Shown piece after piece: positions 1 through 12,689 of a stretch of DNA of 64,000 bases (position 1 is the first letter of the stretch; every line of letters begins with the position of its first letter). The position numbers and the translations under genes are program-made. Under the pieces are notes generated by a model. That model ran no database searches, was not told where the DNA came from, and saw only the letters and a program-made list of their open reading frames with translations. Source of the DNA: Podarcis filfolensis (Eukaryota); the NCBI GenBank assembly GCA_964270895.1, contig OZ185453.1; one strand, given 5' to 3'.

Positions 1-222
1 GAAATATAGCCCTGAATAGAATTGGACAGGAGCAAGGAAGGACTTGAGGCCATGGACAGATGGGAAAGGGGCACAGAGGAGCTAAGGGGAAGAAAGCCAG
101 AACAGACCAAATGTGGGGCCAGGACAGAGGGATAATGCCCAGGAGCTAAAAGGAGGATTGCAGGAAGCAGGGGCCAATGGAAAGAAGGTTTAAAGCAAAC
201 CCACTTGCTCCCAGGTACTTAC

Positions 223-378
223 TGGTACAGGGGGTGTCGGAGGTGTCTGAAGACGAACGGTAGTATCGGGTCAGGCAAGCACATTCACTGGAGCCTGGTG
301 TGGAAGAATAGCTGTGGGCAGGGCAGGGACTGCATGGTGCATCTCCCACTGATGCTTTGAAGGTGCCGACGGTGCAGG
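223..378 (-). CDS. EPHB6: EphB5/EPHB6-type receptor, coding exon 4 (156 bp; cysteine-rich/EGF-like region, ACTVGTFKASVGDAPCSPCPAHS...SDTPCT)
   Basis: Acceptor ctttag|CC at 379-380 and donor A|GTAAGT at 221-222. Phase 1 start joins exon 3 (G+CC=Ala). Cys spacing is typical of Eph receptors and matches my recollection of chicken EphB5 (ACPIGSFKASVGDDPC...SDAPCT). Confidence 0.93.
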
Positions 379-780
379 CTAAAGATTAAAAAAAGAGGGA
401 GAAAAGGGGATTAAGCTATTAAACCTAAGCAGGTCAACAACCATCCTTCTGTTTCCCAGCCTACCAGCAAACAAAATTCACCTTATCAATGGATTGGTCA
501 CAGGGAGCCCAACTGAACCTCCAGCCTGTCAGTGTTCAACTGGTAGGTCACAGTTAATATATAAAGTCAAGGAAGCTATTAGAGGGAAGAAGACTTCCTT
601 CCAAAAATGGAAGCCTTGTCGAGGCGAGGCAAACAAGGAAGAACAGAAATGCTGCTGAATAAATGCACATAGTCAATAAGGGATACCTTAATATTTATCT
701 TAATATTACTTACTTAATATTATCATCTGTGCAGAGTGTACACCTGGGTTTCCAGCCCTTCACTATATATCCCTATTATA

Positions 781-1018
781 GGTAAAGGAACCCCTGACCA
801 TTAGGTCCAGTTGTGGCCGACCCTGGGGTTGCGGCGCTCATCTCGCTTTACTGGCCGAGGGAGCTGGCGTACAGCTTCCGGGTCATGTGGCCAGCATGAC
901 TAAGCCGCTTCTGGAGAACCAGAGCAGCGCACGGAAATGCCGTTTACCTTCCCGCTGGAGTGGTACCTATTTATCTACTTGCACTTTGACGTGCTTTCGA
1001 ACTGCTAGGTGGGCAGGA
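781..1018 (-). mobile_element. Sauria SINE, 5'-truncated
   Basis: Sauria SINE body (gtcatgctggccacatgacccggaagc) and ACCTTT-type tail in reverse. Perfect 14-bp TSD ATATCCCTATTATA at 767-780 and 1019-1032. Confidence 0.9.
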
Positions 1019-1765
1019 ATATCCCTATTATATTTGGTATTTAAATGTCTACATGGCCTCCTGACACAGCTGGCCTGTGTATGACTTGAACTCTGAAGTT
1101 CCTAGTTAGTTTTCTCTGTCGGAAAAAGCGGAAGCTGGAGTTTCTGTCAAACACACAATATCCTATTGTCTGCATAACCAAAGTTTGCTTTAACAGAGGA
1201 TACAGTTTGAGAAAGAGAGACTCTCCTGGCTGCTCTTGTGAAGCTGATTGTGATGACTTTTTAAAAAGAGCTTTCTTTCCTTAGGTCAAGTACTGAGCTA
1301 AGGTGCATTTGCAGAGAAGCAATGTGAAGCTAGGCAATTGCCGTAAAACTAGTTTTTCAGCTATTTAAATAGTTTTGAAACACTTTCACTTCATCGTCCT
1401 ATTAAAATGTAAAGATACCCATCAGCAGAATGTATTGTTCAGGCTTTTTGCTGAAGAACACATCTCCTCTTTATTTGAAAGCTAGTCTCCTCTGAGTTTA
1501 TTGTTTGTTCCCAGCAAGCTCCCGTAGGTAATTTTAATATGTAACCTGAAAGCTGACTCATGTCTTCCAAACCAGGATATATATCTAAGCATTCCATGCC
1601 AGAAACATGGGGAGCTGTGGACTGTATTCCTCAGCAATGTAGCCCATAAGGCAAACACAGCTTTAACTAATCACCAGAAGTCTCTACCTGTATGCTTGCT
1701 TGTGCATATGTCTTCCCGTAAGTAGGGACACTGTTGCAAGTTCAGCAACCTGAAACAACCTACAC

Positions 1766-1894
1766 CAGGGTTTCCCAAACGCCAGCTGTTGTTGGACTAC
1801 AACTCTCATCATCCCTAGCTAACAGGATCAGTGGTCAAGGATGATGGGAACTATAGTCAATCAAAAGCTGGAGACCCAAGTTTGGGAAACCCTG
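1766..1894. mobile_element. hAT-type MITE (129 bp, palindromic)
   Basis: TIRs CAGGGTTTCCCAAAC / GTTTGGGAAACCCTG. 8-bp TSD ACCTACAC/TCCTACAC (7/8). Confidence 0.85.
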
Positions 1895-2924
1895 TCCTAC
1901 ACTGAGAGAGCATCCCATTCCTTTCTGACAATAAGTATCCCATGGCACACCTATAATCCATTCACATCTGCATATGCTGTGCACATGCAGGATTGAACAT
2001 CACCGTTTCCTAAAATAAGATGCAGGAAAAGATTATGCAATGTACAATATTTATCTAATGTGCAATAAATTCTCCCTCTAATAGTTGTGCCTTCCAAGGT
2101 AAGTCCATAATCCTTACTTCTGGATTCATTCTTCTGGTTTCTGGGAACAAGGTTCAAGCTGAATTTCTACCGATTTGTAAGTCCCACTGACTGTGATCAG
2201 TTGAGGTTAGTGCCTGTAAGACTGTACAGCCTAGAACTTAGATTTTGTGGGGCAGATTTCCCTTCATCACTATATGATGCTTTTTTGTTCTTAATTTTTT
2301 TTAAAATTAGTTTTTGCTAAATGCAATGTTTTAGGGTGAAAGGAAACCAAATCTAGCCATTCCTGAAAATCACCAATGGGACCAACATTCTGAAGTCCCC
2401 AGAATTCAAAAATATCAGTGGTAAATACATTAATTTTGCTGTCGGAAGCTGTCATTGATTTTGCTCAAGGGGATTCAGAATATGCATCAGAGTTCATAAT
2501 CTCAGGCTGATTTACAGGCAGAAAAAACGGTTTTAACTTTGCAAGGTAAGACAAGGCTCTTCAATACCCCACACTTTTAAGATGGGGTTAATTTCCCAGT
2601 TGCCAAAACAAAGCCAGTTTTGCAAACGTTGCTTCAGGCGAAGACATCAAGCTTTCATCTTTTTTTTTTCTTAACTGCTGCATACGTTTTCTTTTTTTTT
2701 TTTCATAACGGGAACATGACTGAGGAGAAGGAGAAAAGACTGGAAGAACAGGAACGCAAAGGAAAACATTTTTCTAGAGTCAGCAGCTAGAAATGCTTCA
2801 CAAATGCTGTGCCCTATTAAGGTGGCAATTTACAGCACAACCAAACAGCTGCCTCCCATGCGCCCAGATGGCACATCACGGAAGAGTCCCAGGACAATGA
2901 TGTATAATTTTCTACAGAAGAGCA

Positions 2925-2926
<2 letters not shown>

Positions 2927-2960
<34 letters not shown>
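2927..2960. repeat. (CA)n microsatellite
   Basis: Direct read of sequence. Confidence 0.95.
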
Positions 2961-2964
<4 letters not shown>

Positions 2965-3298
2965 GCAGTGTTTACATGCCACACTAAAACACGGCTTAGC
3001 GCACATGTGAGCAGCCCATGGCCCAACTGGGTGCCCACCACCAATTAAATTCTCTGCCTGAGGGGAAGCCCAATTGTGATCGGAGTCACACCAGTGCAGT
3101 TTCCTCCCCATGGAAATCATGTTTCTCTCAGCCCACCAAACAGCTGGGAGGAAGGCATGTGGAGAGTAATACTCAAACAGCTGTTTTGCAGGCTGGGGAA
3201 AGTATGGATGTGATGGGGAGGGATGGGCATGGAGGGATGACTCTCCCTTGTGCCTCCCTCCCCATCACAATGGAGTCTGTATGTGTAGGAGTGTATGC

Positions 3299-3718
3299 TA
3301 GGGATAGGAGAAAAAGTCTGTTCAGTTCACATTTAAAGGTTTACTTATCAAATTTGCAATTTTCAAAACAATATGTGAAGTGAAGCACAGCTAGCCTTCA
3401 AAGTTCAATTTTCTCTGAATTTTGCAATGCAGTTCTCCAGCTAGGTAATGTGTAGAAAAATGCATATGCTACTCTAGAGTGTGCATATATACTGAAACAA
3501 TGCATTGTATTAGGGAATATTGCTTTGGGGAAATGTGTATATTAGACAAAACTGCATCCCAAACTTTTTTTTTATTAGGAGACTTTCATACTAAAATACT
3601 GATGAATTTTCATGCCCACTTTAAACAACAATTTTGCTTTGTAAATTGGAAATGTGAAGAACTGAATATAAGATTGGCAATATGGTAATATTAGAGAAAC
3701 CAAATTTACTCACCCTGG
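3299..3718. mobile_element. AT-rich non-autonomous DNA-transposon-like element (TAGGGAT... family)
   Basis: Begins tagggatagg and ends aaatttactcaccc. The family termini are shared with 35136-35828. Superfamily not determined. Confidence 0.5.
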
Positions 3719-4296
3719 CATGTGTGTGCTATTGGCTCTGCCCATAGCTGGCTTTGGCCACTGGCATGAGTTGCTTCCCACCAACACATGTGGTTCTCCG
3801 TGGCAAAAAGGACATCTGGTTTAGCAGACATGCATGTGCGGGAACAAGCTACAATAAGCCTCAGGCTCTCCTCTGGTCAGGGGAAGTTCGGAAGTGTTTG
3901 CTTTGCTTTTGGTTACCCATGATTTTTTTGGATTGTCTACAGCAACAAACTGTCACTCACACTAACTATGATTAATTTCAGTTGAGTCAACTCCAAGACA
4001 TGGCTTCTAAGGATGGCTTTGTGAAATTAGTCATAGTTAGTGTTAGCCACAATATTAGGCCCAGAAGAAACAGCGAATTGTGAATAACTAAAGCTGGTAG
4101 ATGAAGAATGTCAGATAGTTGGGGACTTTCAACTGCTATTAAACTATTAAGTTGAATTGTCCATGAGTAGGATCTGTTTTTTTGAGCAGAATGGGTGTTA
4201 CAGTTATAGACTGCTGTTGTCACAGAATATGTCTGCTAATGCAATGGACTGTTTTATCAGTTTAATTATGTTTTGAGTGGTGTTTTGCTGTACTAT

Positions 4297-4490
4297 GGTT
4301 GCAAAGCTAATCCCATTTACCCAAGAGTAAGAACATTGGATTCTACAGGACTTACTTTTGAATAGACATAGTTAGGATTGAGCTGTGAGGCTTCTTAAGC
4401 CTAAACATGTTTACTTGGGAGTAAATACCACAGGACACAATAGGACTTGCTTCTGAGTAAACATGCCTAGGATTACATGGTAAATATTGC
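4297..4490. mobile_element. Two adjacent copies of a ~90-bp palindromic squamate MITE (aatcct...ttacctgggagtaag...ggacttacttctgagtagacat...aggatt)
   Basis: The same motif recurs at about 5645-5725 and 15011-15100. Confidence 0.6.
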
Positions 4491-4504
4491 AGCCTTGATA
4501 AAAC

Positions 4505-4533
4505 TGGTGGTGATGATGGTGGTGGTGGTGGTG
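4505..4533. repeat. (GGT/GAT)n trinucleotide repeat
   Basis: Direct read of sequence. Confidence 0.9.
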
Positions 4534-5149
4534 GGGAACACTTGGAATGTTAAAATCCAGTAGACCAAGACTAAACAAACAGTACAATAAGGCCAACCTT
4601 AATTACCTCTTCATAGACATGAAAGTCAACAAACATTTCTAGAAGGTGGAACAGAATCAGCCAAGGGGTTAGGCCTCTCTAGGGAGTGTCAATCACTCAA
4701 GGGGAGGGGGCACATGATTTGCTTCCACAAGCTCTCAGACTTTGGAAACTTATAAATATCTAAAGACATCTGGGAGTGAAGCAGATTTTTCTCCCTGTGT
4801 TCTTAGGAAGTTCTTCCTAAGATGGAAGTTTCATATAGCCATAGCGTAAAGTTCCGAAGATTAGCAGAAAAAGTTCCGAAGATTAGACAGAAAAAGTCCA
4901 TGTTTCCATGAATATTGGGGCCTTTTCTACAGATCTTGGCATGAGGAGAGAAGTAAGGGAGCAAGTGGTCCTTCAGTGATCACTAACTGACGGCTTTTTG
5001 ACCTTAGATTCTTCGTGACCATTTTTACTGATCTCACTTCACTAAAGAGACAGGAAAGTAGGAAACAACTGTACTAGATTCAGCAATACCCTACCTGTGT
5101 CACTTGGCAGTGGGACATACAAATGTCTCCCTCCCTTTTCATACCATAT

Positions 5150-5297
5150 GCCAAGCATGAAGAACCTGTGGTCCTCCATATGTTATTCAACTCCAGGTCC
5201 CATCAGCCCCAGCCAACATGAGCAGTGGTCATGATTGATGGGTGTTATGAGGTAAACATGTGGAATATGACAGGACATGTGTGGTTCCTCATTCCTG
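5150..5297. mobile_element. Old, diverged copy of the hAT MITE family
   Basis: Degenerate core cccatcagccccagccaacatg...gatgggtgttatg. Boundaries approximate. Confidence 0.45.
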
Positions 5298-5644
5298 ATA
5301 TATGTGATAATGGATCCTCCACAACTTTTCTAAGGTTGGGGTCAGATTCATGTTATTTCAATGAGTTGCCCATGGTGGAGGCTCTCATCATCTTTGTGCC
5401 CATTGTTTGCATATTAAGTAGTGTTTCAAAAGCCTGTAATACCTATTTCATTAGAGACAAAAAGAATGGATACTCAGTGAGAATGAAAGCTCTATGAAAC
5501 CTTCTTCAACTCTTGCCATCTGTCTCTGGTCTCCACAACCACATCTGGTATGAAAAGTTAGGATTTTTAGGTCCTTTTGGATGCTTGAGAATTTGATGTG
5601 AGCTGATCTGCCATTTCTGGATTTATAATGCTGATCAATTTCAG

Positions 5645-5725
5645 TGGCAATCCTAACTCCATTTACCTGAGAGTAAGCACCATTGAATTCAACAGGACTT
5701 TTGAGGAGACATGGTTAGGATTGTG
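5645..5725. mobile_element. ~90-bp palindromic MITE copy
   Basis: caatcctaac...ttacctgagagtaagcaccattgaattcaacaggact...ggttaggattg. Confidence 0.65.
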
Positions 5726-6227
5726 CGGTTATGTTTTTCACATTTCCCAGATCTTCCAATGACGTTTCAATAGCAAACATAAGGATGGAAACATCTGAAA
5801 GCAGCATTAGACTGGAAACTGACTAATTTGCCGATCTGTAGTTACTTTCCAAAGCCAATTGATCCAAATATGGTGTCTATTACTGGACTGCCCACTGGAA
5901 GCAGCTGAAGTGAAAATCCTCCTTAATTGGGCCATTAGTGGCTGAATGAAACTTGTTAATATTAATCCAAATTTTTAAAATGTTATTTCAATAGCGGCAT
6001 ACTGAATGAGGTCAAGAATAAGCCATGCAGCAGCAACAGAGCAATATATTTATTAGAACTAACCAACTCACAAGCTGTATTTTGAGTTTCCCAGAAGCTA
6101 GCTAATTTGCTGCTTTTAATTGTTTCTTATAAAAGCATTATGCTACTGGAGGTCGGGAGGTCTTCAGAATTCTACACAAGGGCTGCCCATAAAAGGGCAG
6201 CTCTGCTGGGAAAAGTGACTCTATGAA

Positions 6228-6342
6228 TCAGGCCTCTCCAATTTGGTGTTTTGAAGTACAACTCTCATCAGCACCAACCTGCATGGCCAATGATCAAGGA
6301 TGAGGTCAAAACACCTGGAGGGCACCTGGTTAGAGAAGGCTG
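6228..6342. mobile_element. Old, diverged copy of the hAT MITE family
   Basis: caggcctctcc...gaagtacaactctcatcagc...ggttagagaaggctg. Boundaries approximate. Confidence 0.5.
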
Positions 6343-7712
6343 CTAAAATAAGTACTCAGTAAGTGCTATTCATTCTTGCTGATTCCAGTTTTGTTTCACA
6401 CACATTTTTCCCCCCATTAGTGCTAGACTGGAATTATATAATTGTCTGGATTCAGGAAGCAAGTCAATCTACTGGTCAAAATTTAAGTGAACCATTTGTT
6501 ACTTGGCAACCTGGAGACTCCACCTGTATGTTTAAATTCACCACAGCTTTCTCCCATTTATTTTCCCCCTGGTTCTTATATCCACACATTTCACATTTCA
6601 CCCGCTGAAGTCAGCAGGACTCTCTGTGAATAGGGGCAAAGACTCTGGAACTCTGGCTAATGACAAACGGATAGCTATAAGGGGGAATTTTGGGGTGACA
6701 ACTCCATTTGACAGTTTGTATTGTAGACTTTCCCAGCAGACATAATCAGAGATGTTGCCCCCTTCTCCATACACACTTTTTGTGCATGTGTGCTTCTGTA
6801 CCCCCATGATTCACCCATGAAAATGGCAGGAGAGAACAGAATGCCAGGATACTGCCCCAAATTACATCCCACTATTTTCCAGGTTAACAGGGTTGCAAAC
6901 AGATTTTTTTTCAGAAAACAACTAAACCAGGAATGAGCACTGCAGTTCCACTAGATTTCCAGAAGTGACATTTATGCCATGCGGAAGATCACATAAAATA
7001 CAAAAAATTATCAGGTAAGGGAACAGCAAGAAAATGGGAAAGTTTTCTTGAGAAACATTAAACATCAACATTATCATTTAGGATTCCCTGAATCCTTTGA
7101 CTGTTTGAATTTAAATTTGCAATGTAAAACTTAATAAAAAAGATTTGACAAATAAGAAAACCGGAAAGTGCTGTCAGAATGTAGCCCAAATCAGATTTCT
7201 CTCCCACACATGCATACCTGCAATATATGTGTTTCAGACCCCGACCCTATTAATGAAGGGGAGACCTGAACTCCAAAAAAACCCCCACAAACTCCCTGAG
7301 AGCCATTAAGGTATTTTGTAAAGTCATTTGACTCTCATCATGCAGTGCTCCAGACAATACCATAGTGAGAGAGACCACTTTGAAAGATCCAAGATGGCCC
7401 AACTCTGACCAATATTGTTCTCAAAACAAACTACCAGCCATACGTGCATTTGCATATTATAAACATATTCCAAAAGTGAGAGGTAATATTAAAATGTGAG
7501 ATCTCTATTTATTGCAACCTGAGAACACTTCTGATAGGAATGTGAGGCACCAGATAAAATTGTGAGCAGATTGCCAGTTGGCCACCCCTGATTTAAATAA
7601 TACGTAGGCTTGATTCTACATTGATTTGACAACCATGAAAAAGAAGAAAACCCTTTGGCAACTATGCCAATAATTCCAGGTAGGGTTCTAGGTAGCTGCA
7701 AGCCCTAAAAAC

Positions 7713-7848
7713 CAGTATTGCCCAAACTTAGGTCTCCAGCTGTTTTTGGACTACAACTCCCATCATCCCTAGCTAGCAGGATCAGTGGCCAGGGATGATG
7801 GGAATTGTAGTCTGAAAACAGCTGGAGACCCAAGTTTGGGAAACATGG
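7713..7848. mobile_element. hAT-type MITE, same family as 1766-1894
   Basis: Shared core ggactacaactcccatcatccctagct...gatgatgggaattgtagtc with decayed TIRs. Confidence 0.8.
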
Positions 7849-8183
7849 TCTTAAACCGATGAGAGCGCAAGAGGCAACTTATATCTGAAGATATAGATAC
7901 ACATCTATTTTAGTAAGCGTAGAATGGATGAAGAAGTACTGTGCTGGTGCATCCTTCCTGAAGCTCAGAAAACAGGCCGTGATGGTAAGGAAGGAGGTGG
8001 TAGAGGTAGCAATGATGTTGCATGTGATAATGCAAAATGGCAAGGAAAAAGCAGCTGCCTTTCCCTCTAGGCACTCCTAAACAGATGAAGAACGGTGTTT
8101 GAGATGAAAGCACGGCTCTGCTCTCCATACGCCACCCCATGTGACGTTTGCAGGAGAGTAATCGCCTCTGTGGACAAAAATCT

Positions 8184-8185
<2 letters not shown>

Positions 8186-8213
<28 letters not shown>
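8186..8213. repeat. (CA)n microsatellite
   Basis: Direct read of sequence. Confidence 0.95.
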
Positions 8214-8216
<3 letters not shown>

Positions 8217-9877
8217 AAACTGCATCCACCAGAACTTAATATGCATGCCTGGGCTTGTTTTCATTGCAGCTGTGATTCCCCTTCAAGGACTTACAAGTGG
8301 GCAGAGTACAGTTCCCACCCAGCTCCTGGCATAGCAAGCCAGACAAAGGATTGCTGTATAGAATTCCACTTCTACCCTCAGGTCCTCCCGCCGCCCATAG
8401 TCTTGCAGACAAATAAATGAGCAGACTATCTTTCATCCTCAATGCATCGTCTGAGACTTCTCTTCGCCTGCCTACATCATGCAAGAAACTCTCTCTTGTC
8501 TAGAGGAGCCGCCCACCTCTCCTGCCTCCCGACATTCCACAGGTAAGGGATCTGTATGATGCTGTTGCTTTGGGTCTCCTAAGGGAAGAGGAACTAGCCT
8601 CCTCCTCTCTTCCAGGGGAAGAAAAATCCACATCTAGGCTTGCCACCTGGAGATCATTTGCATTTAAACATACGAGGGGAGGCAGCTGAGGCTCCTTCTG
8701 GCTGTTTGGGAGCTGCGGCTGCTTCACCCCATGCAGCATCAGCAAATTTAAAAGCTTGAGCTTTGAGCATCGCTCCTGGAGGCTAGTGGGCAAAATGAAT
8801 CCACACAGCCTTTCCGTATGTATCTGTGGGCCACAACTTGCCAAAGTTAAAGGGGGGGGGCTCAGCAGAATTTTCACTGCACCCCAAAGCTACAGGGGGG
8901 AAAACATACATTATGCAAACATGCACAAGTGTGCTTAACTGGCATGGTCGTTGCAGGTCTCAGAATCTAGTTTTTCCAGGCCCATAATTAGGACTACCTT
9001 GGACCCCGCTTTTTCTACCTGTGGTTCAAAGGTCTGTTTCCTAACCCTTCCCAGTTAAGGCTCCAGCTGACCTTTAAACAACACCAGCCTTTCAATGACC
9101 AGATTAGAATGGCTTTGCCCTGTGTTGGTATAAACAAGTTTTACAAGTTTTTACCTTGCATTTTCTTCTCATTGTCCCGAGTACACCGGGCAGAAGGCAG
9201 CTAACAAATGCTTAAACTGATAATAAATGAAAAATAGCGCTTGTTTTATATCATTTTACTTAAGGCCGGTGTGCATGTGGCGGTGTTTTCAAGTTGCCGG
9301 CCCAAATACTTTCTGCTCTGAATGGCACTACACATGAGAAAGACCTGCATCAATGTGCTGCACTTGGGGTGATTGGCTGATGGAAGTAACTCTGCCCTCC
9401 AGCCTGGCTTGTTTTTTCTTTCCTCCAATTTTCAGATGCAGTTCTCAACATCTAATGAAGACTAGTGGGAATGAGGGAAAGTAGGGCAAATTCATATGCC
9501 TGCTAGCTCTAAGTATGGTTATGTTTGGAAGGGAGTGGGAGAATCTAGTAAGAGCAGCTTAGAGTAGGCAGAAGGAGGTGGGAGAATGAGAAGGGCTCTG
9601 GATAGCAACAAGGGAAGACCCAGTTGTAAGAAACACAGGGATGCCTCCAAAAATGTCAGCCCCATCTGAAGTTCACCCTCCTCTCTAATCCAGTGCACAG
9701 AACAACTTATCTGGCATTCGACTGAAGTACTTCTCCACCCACATCAGTGACTGACAGCCAATAAGGAGGACTGGGGCAGGGGATGGAGAAATAAATAGCA
9801 TATGGATGGAGCAAGCTTGTTTTCTGCTTCTCGGGAAGGTAGGACCCAAACCAGTGACTGAAAGTTGCAAGGGAGGA

Positions 9878-10100
9878 GATTCCGATTGAACATCAGGAAC
9901 TTTCTGATGGTAAAAGCTGTTCAAAAGTGGAATGGACTCCCTTGGAAAGTGGCGGACTCTCCTTCCTGGGAGGTTTTTAAGCAGAGGTTGGATGGCCATC
10001 TGTCATGGATGCTTTAGCTGAGATTTCTGCATTAAAGGGGGTTGGATTTGATGACCCTCAAGGTCCCTTCCAACTCTACAAGCCTATGATTCTATAATTA
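9878..10100 (+). mobile_element. CR1 LINE 3' end
   Basis: cagtggaatgg-like...gaggttggatggccatctgtc...gatgaccctcaaggtcccttccaactcta, with a TTCTATGA-type tail. Confidence 0.8.
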
Positions 10101-12552
10101 CCGTATATGAGGATACAAGTAATTCTCATTGTAGAAAAAGGAAAGAAGGAAATGAGCACATACGAAGTGCCTGCTGGATCAAGTCAATCAATGGCTCATC
10201 TCATTCAGCATCCTTAGTGTGACCCACCAGATGCCTGGGGAAACATGGAACTGCTGTTTACAGTGGCAGCCCTGGGTTGATTATGATGTCCAGTTTTGCC
10301 CAGAGGAAACAGAAAGAGTGCATGTCCTTAGTGTATCTAGGGACTGGAGGCTACTTCAGTCATTATTCAAACTGCAAACTTTAGGCAATTAATTAACTAG
10401 ATTAATTAAGACACTTTTGATAAATAAAAAAGTTGCTCCCAGTTCATTTGTTTTTAGTAAAAGTCTACATAAAGCCTTTAATACAAAGTCTGCTAGAAAT
10501 ATACACAACTGACAACCTCTGATAGGTGTACGCTCCACATTCTCTATCATGGGGAGACTGTGTGATAAGCTGGCATCTTCAATGACAGATCAACAAAAAA
10601 TGAAAGTAGTATGCTCTTTTTTTCAGAGTGATTAATTTTTTTTAAAAAATGTAACCTTTATGCAGATCTAATTGATTAAAACATACAATTAATCAGTTAA
10701 GGTTTTTAATTGAGTGACAGCCATAGAAAATACATGTATAGCATTTGGAAAAACAAGGATTTTCTCTCCGTGTCTTCAAGTCCATGCCTCAGTGCAAACT
10801 TGTGTATATCTGTTTGTATATAATTTTTTCTTATTGCCCATCACTCAAGGTTGTTTCAGGGGAAGTGGTTCATAGTTACCTTTGGCTAACTATGGGTTGT
10901 ATCTACAAAGTCACTGCGTGAGTGGATTGATTTCTGCTAGCACAATGGAATTTCATCTCCCTTGCCTCCCCTTGTGCCTTCCTCAATTTCTCTGGGTGTC
11001 CCCTGACCCCTTTGGGGCACAGCGAGGAGGGGAGAGAGAGGTAGTTCCATTGTGGAAGCTGTTACACTCATGCAATTACTAATTTAATGTTGCTTTTGAT
11101 AAAACTCAGTATATGCAGCAGTTCCTCAACTCATCATGGAAGAAACCTCCCTCTCAGTTAATTGGGCCTTTGTAATTCTTGTCTCTTTCTCTCCTACACA
11201 GAAATATTCCCAAATGCAGAGCTTCAAAGGAAAGCTGTAGGGCAACATTAAGAATACAGGAGCGTGAGGCAGAAAATGCTGACTCGTGGGAGAAATCTAG
11301 TGCTGGGTTTTCTGGAGCAGGCCCACAAAACAAATGGGGTGAAAATGGACACTAAGAGTGGGGAATTTGTGTGGCCAGAAGAATACCTCACCCAAGCTAG
11401 ACCCATATGTTCTGAGGCATCCACCATAGCTTGGTATCAACATTTTTCACCAGCCCTCCACATCACCATGAGTCTTTGAATAGGCACATAAAGTGGGATG
11501 TAGCACTCCCAGGGATGCTAGGAAGCTGCCATGCATGCTCCAGGGCATCTGATGTGACTGTGGATGTGGTGAAAACACCAAGCCCAACCTCAGAGGATAC
11601 CACCACCTCATACACCCCCAAAACACTGGTACAGCCAACAGTCCATGAAAACACTGAACCATAGCGGATTTTCTGTTGTCAAACAGGTCTGAAATAATCA
11701 GGATTCTCCAAGGATTTTCCCCCGCTGCATTTAAACCACCCCCCCCCACAAAAAAGAGAAATCCATTGGGTGGAAACCCATATTTCTGTTGCTCCTGCTA
11801 GCTAGACAAGAAGCAAAATAGCAAAATAAAATCATAGTGCATGTAAAGCCGATTTGCAGAGATTAAATGTGTTTCACAGATGTTCAAGCCTCCTCCACCT
11901 TCCTAATGAAAAGATAATTGGAGAGAAATCACCGTGACCTAAAATTTCGAGCAACTTACGTTTTTCATCTCCCACCTCGGTCAAAGAAGGCCAGATTGAC
12001 AGCACCGGAGGCAGAAGGTCTCTCCACAGAGGCCGTGGACCAAAAGGAAAGAAGTACAGCTGCCCTGAAATACCCCTTACCTCACAGAACCAACCCTTTG
12101 GGCCTAAACATTTAAGGGACAACACCAGAGGGCGGAAAAGAAAGAGGAAGCTGACACTTAAATAATGCACCCATGCTTAAAATTGCTGGCACAGGGACAG
12201 TTAAACCCTGGGTTTAAAAATGCATTCTCTACACTGGGTCCCTACAGCTTCTGGGCATAATTCAAAAATGATAGCGGTGGCTTTTAAAGTACTAAAGAGC
12301 TTAATCTCTATGTGCTGCAAAGGCCCCCTTCTCCCCTGCGCTCCACCAAGCTGATTCAGACAGAAGCCTCACTTATTCCAGCTGCATGCCAAGCACATGC
12401 CACAAAGGAAGTCACTGCAACATCCTTGGTGGTGGCCCATAACTGAAGGTCTCCCTTCTCTCAGCCCAGAATTACTGTGTGCCATTTCATTTGGGAAATG
12501 AAAGGAATCTGTTATTTCTTTATTTAAAATGCAAGTTACTAGCCCTTATGAC

Positions 12553-12689
12553 CAGGTGTGGGAAATCTTAGGCCCTCCAGATGTTGCTCAACTACAACTC
12601 CATCACCCCTGGCTATTGGCCATGCTTGCTGGGGCTGGTGGGAGTTGTAGTTCAGTGACAACTCGAAGGCCAAAAGTGCCCCACGCTTG
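12553..12689. mobile_element. hAT-type MITE, related subfamily
   Basis: Core actacaactccatca...gggagttgtagt. Termini caggtgtggg / ccccacgcttg. Confidence 0.7.

Noticed and set aside
4849-4893. 22/23-bp tandem duplication (similar ones at ~46497-46530 and ~33431-33473)
   Set aside because: Two-copy local slippage with no spacer structure or wider pattern.
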